Translations under genes and position numbers: made by a program
Assembly: GCA_965207595.1 (NCBI GenBank)
Contig: CBDBMW010000012.1
Span: 1,313,998 to 1,377,997, forward strand
From: Vicinamibacterales bacterium
GTDB lineage: Bacteria > Acidobacteriota > Vicinamibacteria > Vicinamibacterales > UBA8438
Direction of reading: 5' to 3'
Length of the DNA: 64,000 nt
Notes under the pieces: model-generated
Seen by the model: the letters and a program-made list of their open reading frames with translations, nothing else
What the model was told of the DNA's origin: nothing
Databases searched by the model: none
Shown here: piece by piece, positions 20,891 to 33,893 of the stretch
Layout: the number at the start of each line of letters is the position of its first letter
How positions within the stretch are numbered: position 1 is the stretch's first letter

Positions 20891-23800
20891 ATGCGGGTGC
20901 GCGCCCGGGTCGAACCGTGGTTCTTCGTCCTGCTGGCGGCGCTGAGCCTGGGCGGCGCGGTCCGCGCGGCAACCCACGATGGCGACGCGCCGGTGGCGCG
21001 GGCCGCCGAGCAGCGCGACGGCGCGCGGCTGCGGGCGCTGGTCGCGCAGGGGGCCGACGTCGATGCCCCGGGGCCCGACGGCACGACCGCGCTCCACTGG
21101 GCCGTGCACTGGAACGACGCCGAGATGGTGCGCCTGCTCGTGGGCGCGGGCGCGGACGTCGATGCCGCCAACCGCTACGGCGCCACCCCGCTGTGGCTGG
21201 CCGCCGAGCGGAGCGCGGCCGACGGGGACGGGCGCCCCGGACGCCACGGCCGACCCGGACGCGAAGGGCGACCCGGACGCGACGGCCGTGCTGGCCTCGA
21301 CGGGCGACCCGGCCACGACGGGCGACCCGGCGTCGACGACGTGCTCGGCCTGCTCCTGGACGCCGGCGCCGATCCGAACGCCGCGGCGCTCGGGGCCGGG
21401 GAGTCGCCGCTGATGGCGGCGGCCCGCGGCGGCGGCGCGGGGGCCGTCGCGCTGCTCCTGGCGCACGGGGCCGACGCGGACGCGCGGGACGGCTGGCGCC
21501 GCCAGACGGCGCTGATGATGGCGGCCGGCAACCACGAGTCCCACCCGGATGTCGTCCGCGTCCTGCTGGCGCACGGCGCGGACGTCCACGCGCGCTCGCG
21601 CTCCGCCGCGGAGGCTCCGTTCGCCGGCGGCGGGATGCGCGCGGTCGGGGGGATGACGGCGCTCCACTTCGCGGCGCGCCAGAACGACGCCGAGTCCGTG
21701 CGGCTGCTGCTCGGAGCGGGGGCGCGCGTGGACGAGCGCGCGCCGGGCGGGATCACGCCGCTCCGCATGGCCATCGACCACGGCTACTACGACCTCGTCG
21801 ATCTGCTGCTCGATGGCGGCGCCGACCCGGAGGGGGCGGACGACGCGGGCTTCGCGCCGCTCCATGCCGCCCTGCGCAAGCGGGCCGGGGGCAACCCCGA
21901 GCGCGGCGACCGCAGCGGCGGGACCGGCGGCAGCCGCTCGACGGCGCTGCTCGAGGATCTGCTGGCGCGCGGCGCCGATCCCGACGCCCAGCTGCCCCTG
22001 AAGCGCCTGCCGCCCAACTTCAACCCCGACGGCTACCCGCAGGTCAACAACGTGCAGTACGCCGGCGCGACGCCGCTCTGGATCGCGGCGCACCTCGCCG
22101 ACCTGGAGGCCCTGCGCATCCTCGAGGCGGCCGGCGCGGATCCGCTCGCCGTGTCGATGGAGAACACGACCGCGCTGATGGTGGCGGCCGGCCTGGGCTA
22201 CGCCACGCGCGGGCCGACCACGCGCCTCGGCGGCCGCCGGGAGGACACCGAGGCGGCCGTGCTGGCCGTCCTCGAGCAGCTCGTCGCCTGGGGGCACGAC
22301 GTCGACGCGGTCAACGACAACGGGCAGACTGCGCTCCACGGCGCGGTGGCCGCCGCCGACCCGGCCGTGGTGCGGTTCCTCACGGACCGCGGCGCCCGCC
22401 TCGACCAGCAGGACGCCATCGGGCGCACGCCGCTCGTGATGGCCGAGGAGCACACCACCGACAAGTACCGCACGAACCAGGCCCTGAACACGGCCGACGT
22501 CGAGGCGACCCACGCCCTGCTGCGGGGCCTGGAGGCCGGCCGCGAGCGGCAGGTCCGCGACGTGCCTCAACGGGAGACGCCCTCCGCCCCGCGGCGGCGC
22601 TTGCAGGGCGAGGCCAGCGCGGCGCCCGAGCCCGGCGCGGCGTCCGAGCCCGGTGCGGCGTCGGAGCCCGGCGCGGCGTCCGAGCCCGGTGCGGCGTCGG
22701 AGCCCGGTGCCGCGCCCGAGGCGGGCGCGGCGCCCGAGTGGCCGGGGTGGGGCGGGCCGCGACGCAACTTCACGAGCGACGCCGTGGGGTTGGCGGACGC
22801 CTGGCCGGAGGACGGGCCGGAGCAGCTCTGGCGCCGCCCGCTCGGCGGCGGGCATTCCAGCATCCTCGTCGACGGCGGCCGGCTGTTCACGCAGTACCGC
22901 CCGCCGGACGGCGGCGCGCCCGAGGCCGGGCGTGAGGAGCCGGATGCCTGGCGCGAGGAGGAGGTCGTCGTCGCGCTCGACGCGGCGATCGGCCGCACGC
23001 TCTGGGAGCACCGCTATCCGGCGTCGCTCGAGGGCCTCGACGTCCCGCTCGGCGTCGGGCCGCACGCCACGCCGCTCCTCGTGGGCGAGCGCCTGTTCGC
23101 CACCGGCACCAACAAGCAGCTCTTCGCGCTCGACAAGGCGACCGGGGACGTCCTCTGGTCGCACGACCTGGTGCGGGACTTCGGCGCTCCGCCGCACTAC
23201 CGGGTGATGCCGCGCACGCCCGGCTACAGCTGCAGCCTGCTCGCCTACGGCGACCTCCTCATCGCCACCGCGGGCGGCCCCGGGCAGTCGGTCATGGCGT
23301 TCCGCCAGGACGACGGGCGCGTCGTGTGGCGCAGCGGCGACTTCGCCATCGCGCCCGCCTCGCCCATCCTCATCACCGTGGACGGACGCGAGCAGGTGGT
23401 CGTGTTCGCCAGCGAGAGCGTCGAGGGGCTCGATCCGGCCACCGGCGCCCCGCTCTGGAGCCACCCCCATCCCCGGCGCTTCGACGCCAACATCAGCACG
23501 CCGGTGTGGAGCGCCGACGACAACCTGCTGTTCCTGTCGTCGGCCCACGACGGCGGCACCCGCGTGCTGGAGGTGACGGGGTCGGGCGTGCGGGAGCGCT
23601 GGTTCACCATGGCCATGCGCGTGTACTACGGCACCGCCATGCGCATCGGCGACCTCTACTACGGGAGCAGCGGCGACGTCGGGACGGCGTTCCTGACCGC
23701 CATCGACGCGAACTCCGGCGAGATCGCGTGGCGCGACCGAACCTTCGCTCGCAGCACCCTGCTTCACGCCGACGGCAAGCTCATCATCCTCGACGAGGAC

Positions 23801-23971
23801 GGCACGCTGGGGCTCGCCACCGTCTCGCGCCGCGGGCTGCGCGTGCTGGCGCAGGCGCCGGTCCTCACCACCACCGCCTGGACCGTCCCCACCCTCGCGG
23901 GCACGAAGCTCTACCTCCGCGACCGCGCCGACATCGTCGCCTTCGACCTGGGCCGCCAATCGTCGCCCTGA
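20891..23971 (+). CDS. Secreted ankyrin repeat protein fused to a PQQ-like beta-propeller domain
   Basis: GGAGG RBS, signal peptide, ankyrin repeats to about 22520, an EPGAAS linker, then EWPGWGGPRRNF and propeller repeats ending KLYLRDRADIVAFDLG. Confidence 0.85.
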   Translation: MRVRARVEPWFFVLLAALSLGGAVRAATHDGDAPVARAAEQRDGARLRALVAQGADVDAPGPDGTTALHWAVHWNDAEMVRLLVGAGADVDAANRYGATPLWLAAERSAADGDGRPGRHGRPGREGRPGRDGRAGLDGRPGHDGRPGVDDVLGLLLDAGADPNAAALGAGESPLMAAARGGGAGAVALLLAHGADADARDGWRRQTALMMAAGNHESHPDVVRVLLAHGADVHARSRSAAEAPFAGGGMRAVGGMTALHFAARQNDAESVRLLLGAGARVDERAPGGITPLRMAIDHGYYDLVDLLLDGGADPEGADDAGFAPLHAALRKRAGGNPERGDRSGGTGGSRSTALLEDLLARGADPDAQLPLKRLPPNFNPDGYPQVNNVQYAGATPLWIAAHLADLEALRILEAAGADPLAVSMENTTALMVAAGLGYATRGPTTRLGGRREDTEAAVLAVLEQLVAWGHDVDAVNDNGQTALHGAVAAADPAVVRFLTDRGARLDQQDAIGRTPLVMAEEHTTDKYRTNQALNTADVEATHALLRGLEAGRERQVRDVPQRETPSAPRRRLQGEASAAPEPGAASEPGAASEPGAASEPGAASEPGAAPEAGAAPEWPGWGGPRRNFTSDAVGLADAWPEDGPEQLWRRPLGGGHSSILVDGGRLFTQYRPPDGGAPEAGREEPDAWREEEVVVALDAAIGRTLWEHRYPASLEGLDVPLGVGPHATPLLVGERLFATGTNKQLFALDKATGDVLWSHDLVRDFGAPPHYRVMPRTPGYSCSLLAYGDLLIATAGGPGQSVMAFRQDDGRVVWRSGDFAIAPASPILITVDGREQVVVFASESVEGLDPATGAPLWSHPHPRRFDANISTPVWSADDNLLFLSSAHDGGTRVLEVTGSGVRERWFTMAMRVYYGTAMRIGDLYYGSSGDVGTAFLTAIDANSGEIAWRDRTFARSTLLHADGKLIILDEDGTLGLATVSRRGLRVLAQAPVLTTTAWTVPTLAGTKLYLRDRADIVAFDLGRQSSP
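21227..21334 (+). repeat. Intragenic imperfect 18-bp repeat (about 6 units) encoding DGRPGR
   Basis: gacgggcgacccggacgc-type units read directly. Confidence 0.9.
22628..22738 (+). repeat. Intragenic 18-bp repeat (about 6 units) encoding EPGAAS
   Basis: gagcccggygcggcgtcs units read directly. Confidence 0.92.
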
Positions 23972-24036
23972 CAACAGGGCAACGCCCCGCGTGGCCGCAT
24001 CCAGGCGCGGCCGTTCGGAGAGTGCCCCGGGCTATC

Positions 24037-24618
24037 ATGGGGCAGAGTCTGGAGGTCCACTTGTCCGACGTGGCCATCGGCCAGTACCGCCTGAGCCGCG
24101 CCGAGTACGACCGTGCCATAGAAGCCGGCGTGTTCGAGCCGGAGGCAAGGCTGGAGCTCATCGACGGAGACCTGCACGCCATGACGCCGCAGGGAAGCCG
24201 GCACGCTACCGGCGTCGTGCTCGTTTCGGAGTCCCTGCGGCGTGCATTCGGGTCCGGCTTCCACGTCCGGACCCAGCTTCCGCTCGCGGCCGACGACTAC
24301 TCGGAGCCCGAGCCGGACGTCGCCGTCGTGACCGGCACGCTCCGCGATTACCGGGACGCCCATCCGACCTTACCCGTGCTGGTCGTAGAAGTGTCGGACG
24401 ATTCGCTGCACCACGACCGCACCGTCAAGCGGCGCCTGTACGCGCGCTGCGGGATCCCGGAATACTGGCTCCTCCCCCTCCCCGATGCCCGCCTCGAGGT
24501 CTATCGCGATCCGGGCGAAGGCGGGTACCGCAGCGTCAGCTTCCACGGACCCGGCGACAGCGTGGCGCCGCGCGGTTGCCCGGACGCCCGGATCGCCGTT
24601 GCCGACCTGCTTCCCTGA
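24037..24618 (+). CDS. Uma2 family (DUF820) endonuclease
   Basis: LELIDGDL, SEPEPDVAVV, LVVEVSDDSLHHDRTVKRRLYARCGIPEYW. Confidence 0.92.
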   Translation: MGQSLEVHLSDVAIGQYRLSRAEYDRAIEAGVFEPEARLELIDGDLHAMTPQGSRHATGVVLVSESLRRAFGSGFHVRTQLPLAADDYSEPEPDVAVVTGTLRDYRDAHPTLPVLVVEVSDDSLHHDRTVKRRLYARCGIPEYWLLPLPDARLEVYRDPGEGGYRSVSFHGPGDSVAPRGCPDARIAVADLLP

Positions 24619-24721
24619 CTCCGACCGTCGTCGCCGCCACCACGGCGACGCGTCCTCACGCGGGGTCGCGCGCTTGCAGCGCGAAGGCGGGGCCCGGCAC
24701 CGGACGCAGCGCGAGGCAGCG

Positions 24722-25105
24722 TCAGCGACTTCGGGGCGCCCGGCTTCGAGGCGCCGACTCCTGGCCGTACTTGCCCTTCCATTCGTCGATGTGCGTCCGG
24801 CTCGACAGGGGGACGTTCGTGCGGTACGCCGCGCGGGCGATGGCGTGGGCGGCGACCGGAGCCGTTACCAGCAGGAAGATGACGGTCAGGGCGGCGATTG
24901 CGATCTCGGCCGTATCCCGGAAGTACAGGGCGGCGGCGGCGAACACGAGGCCCACGCCCAGCGTGCCGGCCTTCGTGGAGGCGTGCATGCGAATGAGCAC
25001 GTCCGGCAGGCGCAGGATGCCGAGCCCGGCGACGAACAGGAAGAAGCCTCCGGCCAGCAGGCACGCCGCAACGACGAGGTCCGACCAGGGAAGGTCAGCC
25101 GCCAT
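24722..25105 (-). CDS. mrpG: Mrp Na+/H+ antiporter subunit G
   Basis: GILRLPDVLIRMHASTKAGTLG, TAPVAAHAIARAA. Confidence 0.92.
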   Translation of the reverse strand: MAADLPWSDLVVAACLLAGGFFLFVAGLGILRLPDVLIRMHASTKAGTLGVGLVFAAAALYFRDTAEIAIAALTVIFLLVTAPVAAHAIARAAYRTNVPLSSRTHIDEWKGKYGQESAPRSRAPRSR

Positions 25106-25439
25106 CCGTTTCCTCCGCCCGTTCGGTGGGCCGTTCGCCGCGATTGTGCAACTCGTTGATGCGCTCGGCGTACCAGGCGAAGGCGACCGTGGCCAGGAAG
25201 GCCACCAGCGCCAGCGCCACGGCGATGTCGAGGAAGTCGGGCTCGGTGTGCGCGATGGCCAGCAGACCCGCGATGGCGACCGCCAGCACCGTGATGAGGT
25301 CGACCGATACGACGCGATCCGGCAGGCTCGGTCCCCGGATGAGGCGTACGAACGAGAAGACCAGCCCCAGCACGGTCAGGGCCATGGTGACGTTCACCGC
25401 CCACTCGACGATCTGCGACTGCGCCTCCGGATCGGTCAC
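25095..25439 (-). CDS. mrpF: Mrp antiporter subunit F
   Basis: RLIRGPSLPDRVVSVD, ALVAFLATVAFA. GTG start. Confidence 0.9.
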   Translation of the reverse strand: MTDPEAQSQIVEWAVNVTMALTVLGLVFSFVRLIRGPSLPDRVVSVDLITVLAVAIAGLLAIAHTEPDFLDIAVALALVAFLATVAFAWYAERINELHNRGERPTERAEETDGG

Positions 25440-25909
25440 TGCATGGCCTCCCGGACCAGGCGTTCGAAGCCCGTCTTGATCCGCGTGCGCGTCTCGTCCG
25501 GATCGTCGACGAACATCTCGTGCACGTAGAGCGTCTTCCCGTCCGGGCTGACGTCGAGGCTCAGCGAGCCGGGCGTCAGCGAGATGAGGTTCGCCAGCAC
25601 GGTGATCTGCATCGGTTCCTCGAGGTCCAGCGGCACGGCCACGATGCCCGGGCTCGATCGGTGGGCGGGCGTGATCACGTCCCACGCGACCTGCACGCCC
25701 GAGACCGTGAGCTCGTACAGGAAGTAGCCTCCCAGCCGGGCCGCCAGCAGCACGCGCTTGAAGTAGGCGGTCTGCCCGTACATGGGGCTCGACAGGCTCA
25801 GGGCCGCGAACGCCAGGAGGAAGCCCCAGACGAACGTGCTCAGGTCGAAGGTCCCGAACAGCGCGCACCAGCCGCCCGCGAACAGCAGGTTGATCTGGAA
25901 GAGCCTCAT
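25436..25909 (-). CDS. mrpE: Mrp antiporter subunit E
   Basis: PGIVAVPLDL...LANLISLTPGSLSLDV...LYVH. Confidence 0.92.
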   Translation of the reverse strand: MRLFQINLLFAGGWCALFGTFDLSTFVWGFLLAFAALSLSSPMYGQTAYFKRVLLAARLGGYFLYELTVSGVQVAWDVITPAHRSSPGIVAVPLDLEEPMQITVLANLISLTPGSLSLDVSPDGKTLYVHEMFVDDPDETRTRIKTGFERLVREAMQ

Positions 25910-27407
25910 GGGCGGCCCTCGCCGAGCACGGCTTCGACATAGTGCGCGGGGGACATCAGCTCGGCCGCGGCCCGTTCCGCCAGCGAGTAGAGAGGCCGGG
26001 CGTAGAGGCCGATGGCCAGCGTGACGATGGCCAGCCCCGCAATGGGACCCAGCAGCAGCCACCGCCGCTCCGGCGCGACCGGGGGCGGCGGCCCGGCGTC
26101 GTCCGGACGCGCCTTCCAGAAGGCGTTCAGCCAGATCTTGGTCATCGAATAGACGGTCAGCAGACCTACCGTCAACGCGACGCCCGCAATGACGAACTCG
26201 TCGCTCTCGATCGAGGCCTGGATGAGCAGCAGCTTCGCCCAGAAGCCGGAGAGCGGCGGAAAGCCGGCCAGCGAGAACGCCGGCACGAAGAACAGCGCCG
26301 CGAGCAGCGGCTTGTCGCGGTAAAGGCCGCCGAGGCTCTCGAGGCGGGTCGAGCCGCCCAGCCGCTGGACGGCGCCGGATACGAAGAAGAGGTTCGCCTT
26401 CACGATGATGTGGTGGATTACGTAGAAGATGCCGCCCAGCAACCCGAACGTCGTGAAGAGCGCGAGGCCCAGGATCATGTAGCCGATCTGGCTGATGATG
26501 TGGAACGACAGGATGCGCCGCAGCTCGTTCTGCGCCGCCGCGCCGAGGACGCCGGTGACCATGGTCAGGCCCGCCACCCAGAGCAGCAGCTCGTGCGTGT
26601 AGCCGACGTCGTGCCGAAGATCAGCGTGAAGAACCGGATCAGCGCGTAGACGCCGACCTTCGTCAGGAGGCCGGAGAAGACGGCGGAGACCGCGGTCTGC
26701 GGCGTGTGGTAGCTGGCCGGCAGCCAGAAGAAGAGCGGGAAGACCGCCGACTTCAGGCCGAACGCGACGATGAACACCATCGCTACCAGGGTGAGCAGCC
26801 CCTGGTCTTCGACCTCCTGCACCCGCAGGTGCAGGTCGGCCATGTTGAGCGTGCCCGTCAATCCGTACAGCAGTCCGATGCCGCTCAGCAGGAGCGTCGT
26901 CGCGATCAGGCTGAGGGCGGCGTAGCGCACCGCCCCGTCCAGTTGCGCCGGCGTTCCTCCCAGCGCCAGCAAACCCAGCGAGGCGATCAGCATGACCTCG
27001 AACCAGACGTAGAGATTGAAGACGTCCCCCGCCAGGAACGCGCCGCACACGCCCGCCAGCAGAGCATGCAGCAACGGATGCAGGGCACCGGAGATGGGGC
27101 CGCGCCGCGTGTCGCCGAAGGCGTAGATCACGGTGGCCAGCCCGATGAGCGCCGAGACCGCGACCATCGCCGCGCTCAGGTGATCCGCCACCAGCGTGAT
27201 TCCATAGGGCGCGGGCCAGCGGCCGATCTGGACGGACGCGATGCCCTCTCGCCACACGCTCGCGAGCAGGCCCGCGGCCGCGGCCGACAGGCCGAGGGCT
27301 CCGGCCAGGCTCACGGTCCGTTGCGTCCTCACGCTGCCGCGGCCCGCAAAGCCGACCACGGCCGCGCCCAGCGGTATCACGATGGGAGCGACCAGCAGCC
27401 AGCTCAA
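25906..27407 (-). CDS. mrpD: Mrp antiporter subunit D with one frameshift near 26612 (possible sequencing indel)
   Basis: N-half DVFNLYVWFEVMLIAS...WLPASY...LLTKVGVY in ORF 26565..27407. C-half RRILSFHIISQIGY...GFPPLSGFWAK in ORF 25906..27516. Confidence 0.88.
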
Positions 27408-27796
27408 TCGACCGCCCTCTCCCGCGCCTCGTCCCCGGCGCCCTCCGGCGAGGGCTCCGCGGCCCGCATGCGGTCGGTGTCCACGGTCTCCAGTTCCTGG
27501 AAGGTCCGGAAGGCAAGCACGAGCGCGAAGGTGAGCAGGCTGAAGGAGATGACGATCGCGGTCAGCATCAGCGCCTGCGGCACGGCGTTCGAGACGTCGG
27601 AGAGGGGCTGGGACTCGCCGGCCGCAATCAGCGGCGGCCGGGCGCGCGTCATGCCTCCGCTCGCGAAGATCACCAGGTTGGCGGCGTGGGAGAGCAGCGC
27701 CAGCCCGAATATGAACCGCACGAAGCTGCGGCTGAGCATCAGGTAGACGGTCGCCGCCATCAGGACGCCGACGAGCACGGAGATGATGGGTTCCAT
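27404..27796 (-). CDS. mrpC: Mrp antiporter subunit C
   Basis: LLSHAANLVIF, VPQALMLTAIVISF. Confidence 0.92.
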   Translation of the reverse strand: MEPIISVLVGVLMAATVYLMLSRSFVRFIFGLALLSHAANLVIFASGGMTRARPPLIAAGESQPLSDVSNAVPQALMLTAIVISFSLLTFALVLAFRTFQELETVDTDRMRAAEPSPEGAGDEARERAVD

Positions 27797-27800
27797 CCGC

Positions 27801-30497
<2,697 letters not shown>

Positions 30498-30815
30498 GCT
30501 CGATCCCCCGGGCGGCGGTCTCGTCGACCGTCCCGCGCGGCCGGCGCCCCGGCGCGACGGAACCCGAGCGCGGCGCCGGCGCGGGCCGTCAAAGCCCGGC
30601 GAGCTCGGGAAAGGAGGGTCGCCCCGCGGGTCGTCGCGCGGGCGCCATCGGAAGCCGCCACCGTCGGGTACACTCGTACAGGATACCGGCTGCGTCCGGG
30701 CCCGGCGCAAGGACGGCAGCTGGCGCGCCCTGGAGGGCGCGTTGGGACTCTGCGCGGGCAGCAACAAGCCGAATCGCGCGTTCGGAGGCGCAGACTCCTG
30801 GCGGGAGAAGCTGGC

Positions 30816-31280
30816 ATGACGACCGCGTCCGATCTCGTCGCGACGGCGCAGACTCTCGTTCGCAAGCCCGCGTCAGAGGTGTTCGACGCGTTCGCGAATG
30901 CCGAGGCCATGAGCAAGTTCTGGTTCACCCGGCGTGACGACGGCTTGCGCGCAGGCGAAACGGTGGCCTGGTATCTCGGTCCGGAACCCGATGCGCTACG
31001 CACCGACATACGGGTCACGTCGCTCGAGCGCCCCAACCGGATCGTCATGGAATGGGAGAACGCGGGCGGCTTCACCACGGTGACGTGGACGTTCGAGGAG
31101 AAGGGGCCGAACACCACCCTTCTCCGGGTCGAGGAGACCGGCTACTCCGCCGATCCGGAGACCAACCTCGCGGCCGTGCGCGACTCGATCGGCGGCTTCA
31201 ACCAGGTCCTCATCGCGGCGAAGGCCTGGGTGGAGCATCGCGCGGCAATCAATGTAATCGCGGACCACGCCGGGGATTGA
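30816..31280 (+). CDS. SRPBCC/AHSA1 (YndB-like) protein
   Basis: VRKPASEVFDAF...SKFWFT...TTVTWTF...GGFNQVL...KAWVEH. Confidence 0.85.
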   Translation: MTTASDLVATAQTLVRKPASEVFDAFANAEAMSKFWFTRRDDGLRAGETVAWYLGPEPDALRTDIRVTSLERPNRIVMEWENAGGFTTVTWTFEEKGPNTTLLRVEETGYSADPETNLAAVRDSIGGFNQVLIAAKAWVEHRAAINVIADHAGD

Positions 31281-31370
31281 CCGCACGGGCAGCACGGCGC
31301 CCCGACTGTCGGCGCGCGATCCGCGCGGCCCTACGCGTTCCCACGCCCCGGTGACACCCGTCGCTGCCGC

Positions 31371-31810
31371 TCATTCTGGCCACGTCTCGAGGCCCGCTGC
31401 CGTTGCGGCGCGGCGCAGATCGTGGTCGAAACACGCGAATACGACCTCGTCCCCTCCGGCGTCGACAGTGTCTTGCCACGTCAGCGCGGCTGCGAGCTGC
31501 ATCGCGTCGTAGCCCCGCAGGTCGTGTCCCCACGCCAAATGGCCTGCCCGGGTTGCCACGGCCCTGGTCACTCCTATTCTCGTGAAGTCGTGCCAGTCGC
31601 CCAGGAACTCCCGCTCGGCCTCCTGCGCCTCGACTCGTCCCATTCGGTCCTGTCGCACGCCTGTGCCAGCGCGGCTGCAACTTCCACGCGGGTGATCAAC
31701 GAAGTTCCGACAGATGGCGCCTCTTCGATTCGCACGAGCACTGCCTCAGATTCCTCTTCCTCCACGTAGCGCTTGAACAGCGCGCTCGTGTCCGCGTAGA
31801 GCAGCGTCAC
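31371..31810 (-). CDS. VapC-like PIN domain toxin, frameshifted near 31659
   Basis: LYADTSALFKRYVEEE, then in another frame LRGYDAMQLAAA...FACFDHDLRRAA. Confidence 0.85.
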
Positions 31811-32067
31811 CTTCGGTTCTCCCTGACGATTTGGGTCATGCTGCCACCGTCCCGAAGCCGTGCCTTGGGCCTGGTCTTCTTGAGCCGGCGCCCGCTCCAG
31901 GCGATCGTCGGCTCTTCCGTCGAGTCGCTCGCTTCCGGCTCCGGGACAAGGCGCGCCACCCGCTTCGGTCCGTCTGTCAAGAGAAGGGTCGTGCCGCTCC
32001 TGACCTCGTCCAGGCAGGTGCGCAGGTTCCCTTCCAGTTCTTGGATGGCGATGCGTCGCTCTCGCAC
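31807..32067 (-). CDS. Phd/YefM-like antitoxin
   Basis: IAIQELEGNLRTCLDEVRSGTTLLLTDGPKRVARLVP. Overlaps the toxin start. Confidence 0.8.
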   Translation of the reverse strand: MRERRIAIQELEGNLRTCLDEVRSGTTLLLTDGPKRVARLVPEPEASDSTEEPTIAWSGRRLKKTRPKARLRDGGSMTQIVRENRR

Positions 32068-32125
32068 CCTCTTGTCCTCCCTTGGCCCCTAACCGCAGCC
32101 GAGGTGCCAACCACCCCGGCGGCCG

Positions 32126-33850
32126 TCAGTCCTGCGGCAGCGCGAAGACCTGGAGAACCGAGCCGGAACCGGGCGGGCGCTGCATCGTCTCGGGGAACGC
32201 GATGCGCGCGTTGCGCCAGGCGAGGCTCCAGCCGGGACCGGACGGGACCGCGAGGTACTGGCGGCCGTCCACCGCGTAGGTGATCGGGAAGCCGTCGGTC
32301 GCCGTCGGCGTGCGCGTGCGCCACAGCTCGGTGCCGTCGCGGGCGTCGAAGGCGTACATGTGGCGGTCGATGTCGCCGACGAAGACCAGCCCGCCCCCGG
32401 TGGTGAGGGCGGCCGTCCCGTACTGCCAGCGGCTGCGCCGGCGCCAGAGCAGCTCTCCCGTGCGGCTGTCCATCGCCACGAAGTCGCCCAGTTGCTCGGG
32501 GCTCTGCGGGTGCACCGTGAAGCGCCGGTCGTTGGGGCCGACCCCGCCGCCGCCCAGCTCGGGCGGGGGCATCGCGCCGAAGATGGAGTGCGCGCAGCCG
32601 GGGGTCAGCGGGACGTAGAACGCCTCGGTCTCCGGGTGATACGCCATCGCCCAGAGGTTCTTCAGGCCGCCGGGGCCGGGGCAGTAGTCCACCGGCACGT
32701 CGATCTGCGGAATGCGCTCGGGAACCAGGATGCCCTGGCCGCTCACCGGGTGGATCTCGACGATGTCCTGGTAGCCGAGGTCGAAGGCGTTCCGGAACGC
32801 CCCGGTGCGCGGGTCGAGCTCCCACAGGACGCCGATCTTGCCCATCTTGAAGAGCGACAGCCCGTCGCCCCGGTCGACGAGGACGATCTCGAACACCTCG
32901 TCGAGGTCGTGCGTCTCGGCGGGGATGTGCTGGAAGTACCAGCGGATCTCGCCGGTGTCGGGGTCGAGGGCCAGCGTGGAGTTCGTGTAGAGCGCCGCGC
33001 CCTCGGTGCCGCGCTGCACGATGGCCCACGGCTTGGCCTGGGCGGTCGACCAGTAGATGAGGTTGGTCCCGGGGTCGTAGCTGCCCGGAATCCAGGCGTC
33101 GGCGCCGGCGCGCCAGGTGAGCGGCAGGTCGCCCCAGGTGTCGCCCCCGGGCTCGCCGGGCCGGGCGACGGTCGACGTGCGCCACAGCTCGGCCCCGGTC
33201 TCGGAATCGTGGGCCGAGATGAAGCAGATGTCGTTCTTGTAGCGCTCGCACCCCGTCATGCCCGCCACCACCATGCCCTGCACGACGATCGGGCCGCTGG
33301 TGTAGCGATAGCCGAGCTCGCTGTCGGCCACCTGGTGCTCCCAGACCAGCTCGCCCGTCCGCGCGTCGAGGGCGATCAGCTCCGCCCGGCTCGTGCCGGC
33401 GAAGATCTTGTCGCCGTAGATGGCGATGCTCCGCCGCGCCATGCCGGGCCGGCGGTTGATGGGCAGGTCCTCGTCCGCAGGGACCGCCCGCCGGCGCGCG
33501 TGCTCCCAGAGGAAGTCGCCGGTGGCCGCGTCGAGCGCCTGCACGCCGCTCCGGCTGGGCACGTACAGGACGCCGTCGTGCACCAGGGGCGTCACCTCGT
33601 CCGTGCCGGGCTGCATCGCCCACGACCAGACGAGCTGCAGGTCGCCCACGTTCTCGCGGTCGATCTGGTCGAGCGGGCTGTAGCCCTGGCCGTTCAATGT
33701 CCGCCGCCAGCTGAGCCAGTCGCCGGGGTCCGGGTCGAGGAGCTCCTCGGTCGTGACGGGCTCGAAGTCCGTCACCTGCGCCAGGGCGACGGCCGCTGGC
33801 AGGCCTACCAGCGGCATCGAGACGAGCAACGCGAGAGCTGCACGGGTCAT
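32126..33850 (-). CDS. Secreted PQQ-dependent alcohol dehydrogenase-like protein
   Basis: WLSWRRTLNGQGYSPLDQI, TPLVHDGVLY, GSYDPGTNLIYW, TTGGGLVFVGD, PITYAVDGRQY. Confidence 0.9.
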   Translation of the reverse strand: MTRAALALLVSMPLVGLPAAVALAQVTDFEPVTTEELLDPDPGDWLSWRRTLNGQGYSPLDQIDRENVGDLQLVWSWAMQPGTDEVTPLVHDGVLYVPSRSGVQALDAATGDFLWEHARRRAVPADEDLPINRRPGMARRSIAIYGDKIFAGTSRAELIALDARTGELVWEHQVADSELGYRYTSGPIVVQGMVVAGMTGCERYKNDICFISAHDSETGAELWRTSTVARPGEPGGDTWGDLPLTWRAGADAWIPGSYDPGTNLIYWSTAQAKPWAIVQRGTEGAALYTNSTLALDPDTGEIRWYFQHIPAETHDLDEVFEIVLVDRGDGLSLFKMGKIGVLWELDPRTGAFRNAFDLGYQDIVEIHPVSGQGILVPERIPQIDVPVDYCPGPGGLKNLWAMAYHPETEAFYVPLTPGCAHSIFGAMPPPELGGGGVGPNDRRFTVHPQSPEQLGDFVAMDSRTGELLWRRRSRWQYGTAALTTGGGLVFVGDIDRHMYAFDARDGTELWRTRTPTATDGFPITYAVDGRQYLAVPSGPGWSLAWRNARIAFPETMQRPPGSGSVLQVFALPQD

Positions 33851-33879
33851 GCGCCCATTCCTTCCTGCGCCAGCGCGAT

Positions 33880-33893
33880 TGGCGGAGGGACAG
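33880..33893. repeat. att core (duplicated tRNA-Ser 3' end) tggcggagggacag
   Basis: Identical to 45825-45838 and lies just upstream of the integrase. Confidence 0.88.

Noticed and set aside
22628-22738. Short repeats here and at 9117, 21227 and 51520 as possible CRISPR arrays
   Set aside because: They are in-frame tandem units without unique spacers, and there are no cas genes.
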